NCBI GenBank assembly: GCA_965222375.1
Contig: CBDCTZ010000016.1
Location: 416,001-480,000 of the forward strand
Direction: 5' to 3'
DNA from: Polyangiaceae bacterium
GTDB lineage: Bacteria; Myxococcota_A; Polyangia; Polyangiales; Polyangiaceae
Length of the DNA stretch: 64,000 bases
A program made the position numbers and the translations under genes. Positions 1-9,313 of the stretch are shown here, one piece after another. The number at the start of each line of letters is the position of its first letter. The stretch's first letter is position 1. The notes under the pieces were generated by a model. It was not told where the DNA came from. It did not search any database and saw nothing but the letters and a program-made list of their open reading frames with translations.

Positions 1-90
1 CGTTGCGGGCTCTTTCTTGCGTTCTTGGGCGCTGGATGGTCTGGGAGCAGTACCAATGCGCCGCCAGACTACTCTTGCTATGTTGTGCAA

Positions 91-1044
91 ATGGGAACGG
101 GTTCGGGGTGGCGAGCACTCGTCGGTGTGGCGCTGGGGCTGGCCATGGCGGCGTGCTCCCTGACGAATCTCGACGATCTGAAGGGGGCAGGAGGGCCCGA
201 TGCAGGCGGGGGGACAGGCGGCAGTGCAGGAGCAGGTACGGGAGGCGGTTCGGACGGAGGCAGTTGCGTCCCCCTGAGCTGTGCCGATGTTGCCGCAGAG
301 TGCGGCAAGATCACCGATGGCTGTGGTGGCATCGTCGATTGTGGTGGTTGCGCGAGTTCCAAATTCTGTGGAGGCGCTGGTCCGAACAAGTGCGGAGACA
401 CACCGTGTGTGCCTGCGACGTGCGCGGCGGCAAATGCCGAGTGCGGTGGTCTCGGAGACGGCTGCGGAGACATCCTGGATTGCGGGACCTGCTCCTCCCC
501 CACGCCCGTCTGCAACACTTCGAACAAGTGCACGACGGGCGCCTGCACGCCGACGACCTGCCAGGCCGCGAGCGCCGAGTGCGGCACTTTGGCGGATGGC
601 TGCGGTAAGGCCCTCGATTGCGGCATGTGTAGCGGTTCCAAAGCCCAGTGCGTTGCCAACCGATGCGTCTGCGATGTCGACAGCTGCGCCTCCCTCGGCT
701 TGAACTGCGGCGCGGCTGCGGACGGTTGCGGAAAGACGCTGAACTGCGGGACCTGTACGGGCAAGGAAAGCTGCGTCTCCGGAAGCTGCCAAGATGTCGT
801 CACAACAGCCTGTGGGGCATGCCCCGCTGGTTTCACCAGCGCGGCGACGGCTCCAGATCCCGCGTGCGGACCCGTAGGCGGGGTCTGCCCTGCGGTGAAT
901 ATCCGGAGCCTATGTGTCAAGGCCGGGGTGGCGTCGCAGGCATACTGCGGCCCTGGCTCTTGCCCGCCGGGAACACACCTTGGGCTGAGCACATTCCATT
1001 GCGCTTGCGGGAGCAACCAGATTCACCTCTGCGTTGCGGACTGA
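91..1044 (+). CDS. Cys-rich repeat lipoprotein (myxobacterial CG-x-x-x-DGCG repeat family)
   Basis: ATG at 91, hydrophobic stretch with lipobox (LAMAAC), Gly-rich linker, then four repeats of CG-x3-DGCG-x3-(D/N)CG-x-C. Confidence 0.75.
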   Translation: MGTGSGWRALVGVALGLAMAACSLTNLDDLKGAGGPDAGGGTGGSAGAGTGGGSDGGSCVPLSCADVAAECGKITDGCGGIVDCGGCASSKFCGGAGPNKCGDTPCVPATCAAANAECGGLGDGCGDILDCGTCSSPTPVCNTSNKCTTGACTPTTCQAASAECGTLADGCGKALDCGMCSGSKAQCVANRCVCDVDSCASLGLNCGAAADGCGKTLNCGTCTGKESCVSGSCQDVVTTACGACPAGFTSAATAPDPACGPVGGVCPAVNIRSLCVKAGVASQAYCGPGSCPPGTHLGLSTFHCACGSNQIHLCVAD

Positions 1045-1242
1045 AGCTCCGCTTGAAGACCGCACGCCATCGCATCGCTCTCGGCGCACCGTGCGCTCTG
1101 GTCCGGAGGTCGATGACGGCAAGATCCGCCACATCCCCCATAAACAACCCTGAGGAGGCGAGCCCAACCTCCGCTGGCGCGCTGGCGACGGTGCCGCTGG
1201 CGCGTGCACGATTGCCACTCTTCCGCTGACCACTGGTGACGG

Positions 1243-1758
1243 TCAACGCGCGAGGCGCTGCAGCGCTTCGTCGATGTCGCCGGGGGGCACGCCGAGGGAG
1301 GCGAGGATGGCGGTGCCGTGGATGAGGTTGCGGGCTGAGGGCCAGCGTTGTTCGCTGCCACCGAACTGGCTCCAGGCGTCGCGGAGGAGAGCCCATACCG
1401 GCGCGAGGGTCTTGGACGACGCTTTGCCCCGGTTGACGCTGAGGCTGAATTCGGGCGAGCGGGTGGCGGCGAAGTGGACGTAGGCTCGAGCGAGGGGGAG
1501 GAAGTTGGAGCGACGTTGCGTCCGCGCTGCGGCTTGATTCATGGTGGCCAGCAGGTCTTCGGCGATCTCGATAGCGACGGCGCGCATCAGCGCCTGTCGG
1601 CTTTCGAAGTGGCGATACGGGGCGGCGGAGGAGACCCCGGCGTCTCTAGCCACATCCCGCAACGACAAGTCGGTCTCACCTGCCGCGATGCTGCGCTTTG
1701 CGGCGGCCAAGAGTGCTCGACGCAAATCTCCGTGGTGGTAGTTTTCCCGGGCTGGCAC
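1243..1758 (-). CDS. TetR/AcrR family transcriptional regulator (WHG-type)
   Basis: N-terminal YHHGDLRRALL and HTH LSLRDVARDAGVSSAAPYRHF. Confidence 0.9.
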   Translation of the reverse strand: MPARENYHHGDLRRALLAAAKRSIAAGETDLSLRDVARDAGVSSAAPYRHFESRQALMRAVAIEIAEDLLATMNQAAARTQRRSNFLPLARAYVHFAATRSPEFSLSVNRGKASSKTLAPVWALLRDAWSQFGGSEQRWPSARNLIHGTAILASLGVPPGDIDEALQRLAR

Positions 1759-1766
1759 GGTTCAGC

Positions 1767-1787
1767 AATGTTATCACTGTTTACATT
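1767..1787. promoter_or_regulatory. Probable TetR operator (imperfect palindrome AATGTTATCACTGTTTACATT)
   Basis: AT-rich dyad in the 70-bp divergent gap, 9 nt upstream of the tetR start. Confidence 0.65.
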
Positions 1788-1828
1788 CGTAACCAAGCCC
1801 CGAGCGATGAGCGTAGAGCAAACAATAG

Positions 1829-2293
1829 ATGCGTAGCGGACTCCTAGCCCTGGCCTTTGTGGCGGCCGCGTGCAGCAGCGACAGTTCGAATTCCGGCGGC
1901 GCGGGCGGTGGCGCGGGCTCCACGTCCGGCGCGTGCGGTGGCCGCGCGGAGACTTACTTCGCGGGTATCAGCAAAGACGGGACCGAAGGCAGGTACAAGT
2001 TCACGCTCACGACTGCAGATCCGGCTCCGCCGCAATTGTTCGACAATACCTGGCGTGTGAAGGTGGAGAGTGGCGGACAGCCCTTGGACAACGCTGAGCT
2101 ATCCGTGAAGACCTGGATGCCCGATCACCAGCATGGCAGTCCGAAGCGGACAGACATCGTGGAGATGTCCGGCGGAGAGTATGAACTGAAGCCGGTGAAC
2201 CTGTTCATGCCCGGCTTCTGGGAAATCCACATCACAGCCGCGCGTGACAATCAGGAAGATGATGCGATCTTCAAGTTCTGTATCGGGGAGTAG
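1829..2293 (+). CDS. YtkA/FixH-like lipoprotein, putative metal (Cu) binding
   Basis: Lipobox AAAC; motif WMPDHQHGS followed by LFMPGFWEI, typical of YtkA-like domains. Confidence 0.8.
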   Translation: MRSGLLALAFVAAACSSDSSNSGGAGGGAGSTSGACGGRAETYFAGISKDGTEGRYKFTLTTADPAPPQLFDNTWRVKVESGGQPLDNAELSVKTWMPDHQHGSPKRTDIVEMSGGEYELKPVNLFMPGFWEIHITAARDNQEDDAIFKFCIGE

Positions 2294-2425
2294 TCCCGCG
2301 GCCGCGGCTGTGGGCGCGCCCCAGCGCGAAAATACGAACCCGCTTGCCCAAAAACCGGTCGCGTGGCCGAGATTTTCGGCACGGGATCCAGCGCATCGGC
2401 GGTTCTGTAGTAGATTCACGGATCC

Positions 2426-3868
2426 ATGACCGCGCCTGGCAGCTTGCCGAACGGAACCCGGCTGGGTCGCTACCGGATTGAGCGACGTATCGGTTCTGGT
2501 GGCATGGGTGAAGTGTTTGAAGCGGTTCACACTGGGCTGAAGAAACGCGTCGCGGTCAAGGTGCTGAAAGAGAGAGAATGCGCCGATGATCGAGCACGGG
2601 CCCGCTTCCTTCGTGAGGGCGAGAATGCGTCGCGGATCCGCCACCCGAACGTGGTGGACATCACGGACGTCGGTGAAGGCGATGGCCGGCCTTACTTGGT
2701 CATGGAGCTGCTCGAGGGCGAGCCCCTGTCGGCGCGGCTCAAGGGGGGGCCGCTAGCAGAGGGCGCAGCGGTTACGGTGGTGCTTGCCGCGTGCGCGGCA
2801 GTGGCGGCCGCTCATCGCGAAGGCATCATCCATCGAGATCTCAAGCCGGACAACATCTTCATGGCGCGGTCGGCCGGCGACAAAGTTGTCACCAAGGTCC
2901 TCGATTTCGGGATCTCGAAGGCACTGAATGAAGATGTTCCGGATCTGACGGTGACGAGTGCGTTCCTTGGCAGTCCTTACTACGTCTCCCCAGAACTAGC
3001 TCGTGGGGAGCGGGACGTCGACGCCCGCGCCGATCAATACTCGCTTGGGGTGATTCTATTCGAGATGCTGTCCGGCATGCGCCCGCATCACGAGCACACC
3101 GAAACGTTGATGGCGCTATTACACGCGGTTGCAGCGGGGCGCTACACGCCGCTCCGCGAGGCCAATCCCGACGTGTCGGAGGAGCTCGCCGCAATCGTCG
3201 AGCGTGCGATGGAAAACGACCCCGAGGCACGCTTCGCGTCCGTGCGCGAGTTCGCGGCGCAGCTCGTCCCGTTTGCTCCGGAAGCAATCCAGCAACAATG
3301 GAGTGACTATTTCGATCGGGACGAGGCGCCGCCACCCTCCTTCGAAGCCCAAGCGAGGACCTTGGCCACGGAAACGACCGACGAGTTGCTCGCACCGACT
3401 ATCGCGGAATCCGCGCTTCAGCCGACGCTTCAGGGCACGTTCTCGGCTGCGCGGACCGCCACGCGGGCATCCAAGCGGAATCAGTGGCTGGGGCTTGCCG
3501 TGGTCGGGGTGGGGGTTGCCGTCACGGTCTGGTTTTTCGCAACCCGGCCCCCTGCGACCCCCGCGGGAGCGGCGGCGCCGGAGTCGTCGCCCTCTAGTCC
3601 AGCGCTCACGAGCGAAGCTCCAACCGTCGCGCCTTCCGTAGCTGAACCGCCGGCCGTGGAGCCGAAGGATCAGGACGCGAGTGCGGTCGCTCAAAAACCG
3701 ACGCCAAAGCGTCCGCCCACCGCGGCAGTCCGGCCACCGACCTCACCTACCTCCACTCCCACGCCCGCAGTTTCCGCACCTCCACCGGCCTCGCTGCAGC
3801 CGAAAGTGGATCCCCCGCCCGACAAACCCAGTTCGACGACTGATAACATCGACCCGTGGGCTCAATGA
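2426..3868 (+). CDS. Hanks-type Ser/Thr protein kinase with one TM helix and Pro-rich tail
   Basis: GSGGMGEV, VAVK, HRDLKPDN, DFG, GSPYYVSPE and DQYSLG motifs; TM segment WLGLAVVGVGVAVTVWFF. Confidence 0.95.
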   Translation: MTAPGSLPNGTRLGRYRIERRIGSGGMGEVFEAVHTGLKKRVAVKVLKERECADDRARARFLREGENASRIRHPNVVDITDVGEGDGRPYLVMELLEGEPLSARLKGGPLAEGAAVTVVLAACAAVAAAHREGIIHRDLKPDNIFMARSAGDKVVTKVLDFGISKALNEDVPDLTVTSAFLGSPYYVSPELARGERDVDARADQYSLGVILFEMLSGMRPHHEHTETLMALLHAVAAGRYTPLREANPDVSEELAAIVERAMENDPEARFASVREFAAQLVPFAPEAIQQQWSDYFDRDEAPPPSFEAQARTLATETTDELLAPTIAESALQPTLQGTFSAARTATRASKRNQWLGLAVVGVGVAVTVWFFATRPPATPAGAAAPESSPSSPALTSEAPTVAPSVAEPPAVEPKDQDASAVAQKPTPKRPPTAAVRPPTSPTSTPTPAVSAPPPASLQPKVDPPPDKPSSTTDNIDPWAQ

Positions 3869-4698
3869 CGGTCGGTCTGCCGCGCGTGCTCAGGGTCGTT
3901 CCCTGGCTGCTGCTACCCGCTGTTGCAATGGCGCAACAGGCGCCGCCGGATACCAGCGCTACGCCGGATGGCGACGCCACGAAGCCTTCCGCGCCGGCCG
4001 AAGACCCAGCGGACAAGCAAGCAAGAGACCTGTATCGCCGCGGTGATCGCGCCTACGCCGAGGGCGCCTACGAGGCCGCTTTGCGTGACTTTTCCGAGGC
4101 ATACCGCCTCAGCGGGCGTAGCGCGCTGCTGTTCAATATGGCGAATGCGCACGAGCGCCTAGGACAGTTCAAGGAAGCCCTCAGCGCTCTCGAACGCTAT
4201 CTGCCAGATGCGGGCTCACGCGAGGCACTCGTGCGCAAACGCATCAAAGGGTTGCAGGCTCGCATCCGGAAGATCGAGAAGAAACGCCGCGAAGAAGAAC
4301 GCCGTCGCCAGGAGCAGAACGCTGCCGCGGCCACGCCCAAGGACGAACCTGTGTCGCAACCTTGGCTTGGTTACGGCTTGCTCGGTGTGGGTGCGGTTGG
4401 GGTCGGGCTGGGGACCTACTTCGCGCTGAGTGCGTCATCCGCCCGCCAAGATGCCGATGAGTTGTGCGCCGGTGACCCACCGGTGTGTCCGCGTGAGGCC
4501 GAGGATGCTGTCTCGCGCGACGATCGGAACTCGGTTTTCGCGGACGTTGGCTGGGGCGTTGGCCTGACTGCCGCGGCCGTCGGCCTGTACTTGGTCATCA
4601 CCCACGACCCCAAGCCGGAAAAGGCGGTATCCAGTCCGGTGGCGGTCGTGCCAGGTGGAAAACAAGGAACTCGGATAGTGTTCAGTGGCGCGTTTTAG
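3865..4698 (+). CDS. Secreted/membrane TPR protein
   Basis: ATGA overlap with the kinase stop; signal peptide, TPR helices (LLFNMANAHERLG) and C-terminal hydrophobic segments. Confidence 0.85.
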   Translation: MTVGLPRVLRVVPWLLLPAVAMAQQAPPDTSATPDGDATKPSAPAEDPADKQARDLYRRGDRAYAEGAYEAALRDFSEAYRLSGRSALLFNMANAHERLGQFKEALSALERYLPDAGSREALVRKRIKGLQARIRKIEKKRREEERRRQEQNAAAATPKDEPVSQPWLGYGLLGVGAVGVGLGTYFALSASSARQDADELCAGDPPVCPREAEDAVSRDDRNSVFADVGWGVGLTAAAVGLYLVITHDPKPEKAVSSPVAVVPGGKQGTRIVFSGAF

Positions 4699-6109
4699 CA
4701 AATGGATCACGCTGGGTGCACTCGCGGCACCGCTAGCCTTCGCTGTGCCGGGTTGCTCGCTGACGAAGTTCGACGAAAAAGCCTGCGATTCGACGAGCCA
4801 ATGCCGTCAGCGCTTCGGCTTCGGCGCCGTTTGTGCTTCCGATGGCTTCTGTGATCCCCCAAAGGTGTTGCCCCGCTGTTCCACTACCTATCCCGACGAC
4901 TTGTTTACCCGACCGCTGAAGTATCGGAACGCCGTCGTGCTCGGCACGATGTTCGACCCGACTGAGGACAAGCAACTGGGCAGGCAACAAGCGGCGAGGT
5001 TGGCTGCGCTGCAGATCAACGACGGGGAGGGATTCCCAAATGGCCCAGCGGCCCTCGTGATGTGCAGCATCGAGCATAACCACGGCGGTGACGATTTGGA
5101 TGCGGCCGCCGCGATCGACCTGATCAGCGGGTTTTTGACGCGGACGCTTGGCGTGCACGCGATCATCGGACCATCGTCTTCAGCGGACACAAAACGAGTG
5201 TTCGAGGTGACGCAGACCGAGGCGCCGCTGATCATCTCTCCCTCAGCCACGAGCCCAGAACTCACTGAGCTGGAGCCGACTCCGACGGATCAATCGCCCG
5301 GGCGGCTTTGGCGGACGGCGTCGCCGGACACGGTGCAGGGGCCGGTCATCGCGTCGGACATGACGGACCGCGGAGTGTCTCAGGTGGCCGTCGTGTACCA
5401 GGAAGGGGCGTACGGTTCCGGGCTGCTGCAGGTATTCAAGGAATCCTTTGCCGGCGCCGTGGAAGAGTTTCCATTCAAGAATGCCGGCACCCGCGCCGAG
5501 GCGATCCAGAAGGCCAAGACCGCCACCAAGGATGAGGTCCTGTTCATCTCTTCGGTGACGGCTGACTCGGTCGCTTTTTTGGTCGCAGCGGCAGCGCCCA
5601 CGGGCGGGTTGGCGCAGGTTGGGCTCTTCCTAACCGACGGCGCGGCGACGCAAGCCTTGCTCGATCCCAATGCCAAGCCAGCCTTTTCGCGCGTGCGCGG
5701 GACTCGACCCAAACCTCTCGATCCAGCCGACTTCAATTATGGCACGTTCCTGAACGGCTTCCAGGGCGAATACGGTACGAACCCGCAAGCTCTGTCATTC
5801 ACGGCGCACGCCTACGACGCGGCGTTCCTGGCGTTTGCAGGATCAGCCTGGGCACTCGCGCAAGAGTCGGAGCTCAGCGGCGTGGGCATCGCCCGCGGGC
5901 TCCGTCGGGTGAGCCAAGGGGCGGCGACCAACATCACTGTGAGCGCGTGGCAGTCGGTCGTCACCGCGTTCGCTAAGGGCGACAGCATTGACTTGAGCGG
6001 AGCGTCCGGAACCCTGGATTATGATCCAGCTACCGAAGAACTCAGCGACCCGGTGGAGATCTGGGTGATCTCGAATGACGCAAACCGAAAAATAGTTCCG
6101 GCCAACTGA
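4685..6109 (+). CDS. LivK-like (type I periplasmic binding fold) lipoprotein with N-terminal Cys-rich module
   Basis: Lipobox VPGC; AIIGPSSS, ISPSATSPEL, RTASPDTVQG, AYDAA and GASGTLDYD motifs. Confidence 0.85.
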   Translation: MARFSKWITLGALAAPLAFAVPGCSLTKFDEKACDSTSQCRQRFGFGAVCASDGFCDPPKVLPRCSTTYPDDLFTRPLKYRNAVVLGTMFDPTEDKQLGRQQAARLAALQINDGEGFPNGPAALVMCSIEHNHGGDDLDAAAAIDLISGFLTRTLGVHAIIGPSSSADTKRVFEVTQTEAPLIISPSATSPELTELEPTPTDQSPGRLWRTASPDTVQGPVIASDMTDRGVSQVAVVYQEGAYGSGLLQVFKESFAGAVEEFPFKNAGTRAEAIQKAKTATKDEVLFISSVTADSVAFLVAAAAPTGGLAQVGLFLTDGAATQALLDPNAKPAFSRVRGTRPKPLDPADFNYGTFLNGFQGEYGTNPQALSFTAHAYDAAFLAFAGSAWALAQESELSGVGIARGLRRVSQGAATNITVSAWQSVVTAFAKGDSIDLSGASGTLDYDPATEELSDPVEIWVISNDANRKIVPAN

Positions 6110-6160
6110 GCCGAGTGCTTGGGGAGGGGTGACGCGCCGCCGATCTGCTATAGCAGCAGC

Positions 6161-6565
6161 ATGCGCGCCGCGGTGTTGTTTGCGCTTCTCTTGCCCGGGT
6201 GTAGCTCGGAGCCCGAGGAGACCATGCCCGCGTGCTTCGATGTTCCGGCCAGCTGCGCGCCGCTGTATCAGCCTGTTTTCGACGAGATCCACAAGCGCAC
6301 CTTGGTCCCGACTTGCGCGCAGGGTGGCGCATCCTGCCATTCGGATGAAGGTAAGAGGGGTGGCTTGGCCCTGGAAGATGTGGATGCCGCCTATACGGCG
6401 CTTGTGGATGGTGGCCGTGTGAACGCCGGGGATGCACCTTGCAGCGAGATGATCGTGCGCACCCACCAGAACGGGAAAGATTGGTCGATGCCGCCGCGGC
6501 GGCCTTTATCCGCAGAGGAGCGCTGCGTGCTTCGGCGTTGGGTGGAGCAGGGCGCCAAACGGTGA
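6161..6565 (+). CDS. Small lipoprotein, probable c-type cytochrome with atypical CX6CH motif
   Basis: Lipobox LPGC; CAQGGASCH; distal SMPP and terminal RRWVEQGA as in planctomycete-type cytochrome c domains. Confidence 0.65.
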   Translation: MRAAVLFALLLPGCSSEPEETMPACFDVPASCAPLYQPVFDEIHKRTLVPTCAQGGASCHSDEGKRGGLALEDVDAAYTALVDGGRVNAGDAPCSEMIVRTHQNGKDWSMPPRRPLSAEERCVLRRWVEQGAKR

Positions 6566-8058
6566 GGCGCGTAGAGCAAGCGATGAGGCGCGCCTTGGTG
6601 TTGACGTGCCTGTCCGCGGGGCTCGCCGCCTGCGGTGATGGTGAGAGCGCTGAGCCGACGCTCAGTCGCGCTGAACTGATGGATCCCGAGACCTGCGCGA
6701 CCTGTCACCCGCTGCATCATCAAGAATGGTCGGGCAGCATGCACGCCTATGCCGCGGAGGATCCGGTCTTCCTCGCCATGAACCAGCGAGGTCAGCGGGA
6801 AACCCAAGGAGCTCTTGGAGACTTCTGCGTGCAGTGTCACGCGCCGATGGCGGTGCGCGAGGGGCTGACGACGAATGGCTTGAACCTAGCGAGCTTGGAC
6901 AAGAAGTTTCAGGGCATCACATGCTACTTCTGCCACAACGTCAGCAGCGTCGAGGGCGGCCACAATGCGGATCTGTCGATCGCGAACGACGTGACCATGC
7001 GCGGCCCGGTGCGGGATCCCGTGGAGAGCCGTGCCCACGGTTCGAAGTACACGTCCCACTTCGATCGGCGCAGTAGAGATAGCGCCGACCTGTGTGGCAC
7101 TTGTCACGATATCATCGTGCCTTCACCGCCTGCGCCCGCGGAGGTGCATTTGGAGCGGACCTTTGCCGAGTGGAAAGAGGGGATCTTCAGCAAAGACGGC
7201 AGCCTCACCACCTGCAACGCCTGCCACATGATCCCCCAGCCCAACAGCGTGATTGCGGAAGCGCCCGGCGTGGTCACCCGCGCTGCGCGCCACACCCACG
7301 ACTTCGCCGGGGTCGACACGGCGCTGACGCCGTTTCCCCGCATGGCCGAGCAGCGCAAGCTGATCGAGCAGATGCTCGACGTGACCCTGCGCGCGGAGGT
7401 CTGCGTGGCAGAGCTACCGGGTAGCTTTGTGCTCCAGGTCCTGCTCGACAACGTGGGCGCGGGTCATCGCTTTCCCAGCGGCGCGACTCACGATCGCCGG
7501 GTGTGGGCGGAGGTTCGTGCCTTTGAGGGCACCACGGCGGTGTTCGAAAGCGGGGTGGTGGCGGACTCGGAGCCCGTCGCGAAATCCCCGGACCCAAATT
7601 TGATGTTGTTCCGCGAAGGCGCCTTCGACGCAAACGGCAAGGAAGTGCATCAGTTTTGGGAAGTCGCGAGCACCAACAACGATTGCTCGGGCAATAGGCC
7701 GGGCTGCACCATTTCGGGCCCGGTCACCTTGGACCAGACCAACCCGCAGTTCTTCGCGACCCACTCGATCCGGCGCTTTCCGAAACAGGGCGCCGCCCCT
7801 GGCACAACGGATCGAGTCACGTTGCGGGTGCGAATGCGCGCCGTAGGCCTGGAGGTCATGGACGATTTGATCGCGTCAGGAGATCTCGACCCCAAGTTCC
7901 GAGACGAGATCAAGACGCTGGACTTACTGCCCAATCGCCAGAAAACGTCCGTGACCTTGGAGTGGACGCCCGAGGCTGCGAAAGATCCGACCTTCGGCTT
8001 CGAAAAACAGCTGGACGACCTCGGCATCGCGCGTTGCGTGAGCAACGCGCGACAGTGA
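6562..8058 (+). CDS. Pentaheme c-type cytochrome lipoprotein (cytochrome c554-like N-terminal domain)
   Basis: Five CXXCH motifs (CATCH, CVQCH, CYFCH, CGTCH, CNACH); EWSGSMHA and GHRFPSG motifs; lipobox LAAC. Start is 6562 (GTG) or 6583 (ATG). Confidence 0.9.
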   Translation: MRRVEQAMRRALVLTCLSAGLAACGDGESAEPTLSRAELMDPETCATCHPLHHQEWSGSMHAYAAEDPVFLAMNQRGQRETQGALGDFCVQCHAPMAVREGLTTNGLNLASLDKKFQGITCYFCHNVSSVEGGHNADLSIANDVTMRGPVRDPVESRAHGSKYTSHFDRRSRDSADLCGTCHDIIVPSPPAPAEVHLERTFAEWKEGIFSKDGSLTTCNACHMIPQPNSVIAEAPGVVTRAARHTHDFAGVDTALTPFPRMAEQRKLIEQMLDVTLRAEVCVAELPGSFVLQVLLDNVGAGHRFPSGATHDRRVWAEVRAFEGTTAVFESGVVADSEPVAKSPDPNLMLFREGAFDANGKEVHQFWEVASTNNDCSGNRPGCTISGPVTLDQTNPQFFATHSIRRFPKQGAAPGTTDRVTLRVRMRAVGLEVMDDLIASGDLDPKFRDEIKTLDLLPNRQKTSVTLEWTPEAAKDPTFGFEKQLDDLGIARCVSNARQ

Positions 8059-8132
8059 CGCGCTGGGCGCGACGCCCTAGCAACGGGCGTCCGCGAGCAG
8101 TCCGCCGGCGTGAGCCGCTGCAACAAGCGCTG

Positions 8133-9227
8133 TCAGAGGGGCGGCTTACGCCGACTCGCCGCGTTCGCGGCTTCGCGGACCAGGTCCGTGTCCCGGAGGC
8201 ACGCGTAGCAGTCGTCGCGCTCTTTTTCGCCGCAGCCGGTCTTGATGTTCAGCCGGATCACGGTGCCCACGGCGCGCCGATCGCCCGACTGTGCGACCTT
8301 GGGCAGAGCGGCCTTGGTCCCTTCGCAGTCGGGGGGGGCCTTGCCCGTGGCCTCTTTGAGATCGAGGGTCACTGTCAGCGCTAGGGTCGCCTTCTTGCGG
8401 ACTTCGGGAGTGTTCAGCAACTGTCGCGCCAGTTCTGAGGAATCCGTCTTGCCTCGAGTCTTGGTCCAGACTGCGTACAGATGGTCCGCGCCTGAAGTTC
8501 CCTTCATCTTGGCCAGGCTCTTGAGCATGTGGTTGGCGACTTCGGGATCCTTGGCGAAGGCGCGCACCTTGTTCTTCGTCTCCTTGTCGACGGAGAAGCT
8601 CTCGGCCAGCGCCATTTTCCGAACCATCTCGTCGATCTCTTTGCGCTTGGCGAAGGGGCGGGCCAAGTGGATCGCGACTGCCTCGTCGATGGTTCGTTCC
8701 TTCTCGGATTTGGCCTCGAGCTTCTTCAAGGCCGCTTTGTCTCCGCTGGCCGCGAGCTCGGCTTCAGTGAGCTTTGGTTTCTCGGGCTCTACCGGAGCAG
8801 CGCTTGCGGAGGGTGCCGCCGAGGCGACCGGTTTCACCTCATCGTCGCCGCCGAGCATCAGGAAACCGAACGTGGTCAGCAGCGCGCCCACCACTGCGCC
8901 GACGCCCGCTGCGATCATCATCGGGATGGGCGACTTGGCCGGCATGAGGCTGCTCAGGCTGTCCATCGCGGGGCGTGGCGCCGTCTGCACGTTGACGGCC
9001 GCCGGGACACCCGGCGCTCCTGGATAGCCCGGCGGAGCTCCTGCAGGTGGCGCTCCAGGTGGGGGCGCGCTGGGCGGAGGCGCACCGCCAGGTGGAGGTG
9101 CGCTGGGCGGGGGGGCACCTCCGGGGGGTGGGGCGCCAGGGGGCGGTGCACCGGGTGGAGGTGCGCTAGGAGGCGGGGCGCCGGGCGGGACGCCGGGGGG
9201 AGCAGGAGGTTGTCCGGGGGGTTGCAC
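8133..9227 (-). CDS. Pro-rich single-pass membrane protein
   Basis: PPGAPP repeats, one TM helix, and a helical C-terminal domain ending GCG..DDCYACLR. Confidence 0.7.
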   Translation of the reverse strand: MQPPGQPPAPPGVPPGAPPPSAPPPGAPPPGAPPPGGAPPPSAPPPGGAPPPSAPPPGAPPAGAPPGYPGAPGVPAAVNVQTAPRPAMDSLSSLMPAKSPIPMMIAAGVGAVVGALLTTFGFLMLGGDDEVKPVASAAPSASAAPVEPEKPKLTEAELAASGDKAALKKLEAKSEKERTIDEAVAIHLARPFAKRKEIDEMVRKMALAESFSVDKETKNKVRAFAKDPEVANHMLKSLAKMKGTSGADHLYAVWTKTRGKTDSSELARQLLNTPEVRKKATLALTVTLDLKEATGKAPPDCEGTKAALPKVAQSGDRRAVGTVIRLNIKTGCGEKERDDCYACLRDTDLVREAANAASRRKPPL

Positions 9228-9313
9228 GAACGCATCCTGCCACAGAGATTCTGAACCTGTGAAGTATCGGGGTTTTTCGGGGCGGCGGGGCCCAGATGCG
9301 CTAGGGAACCAGG

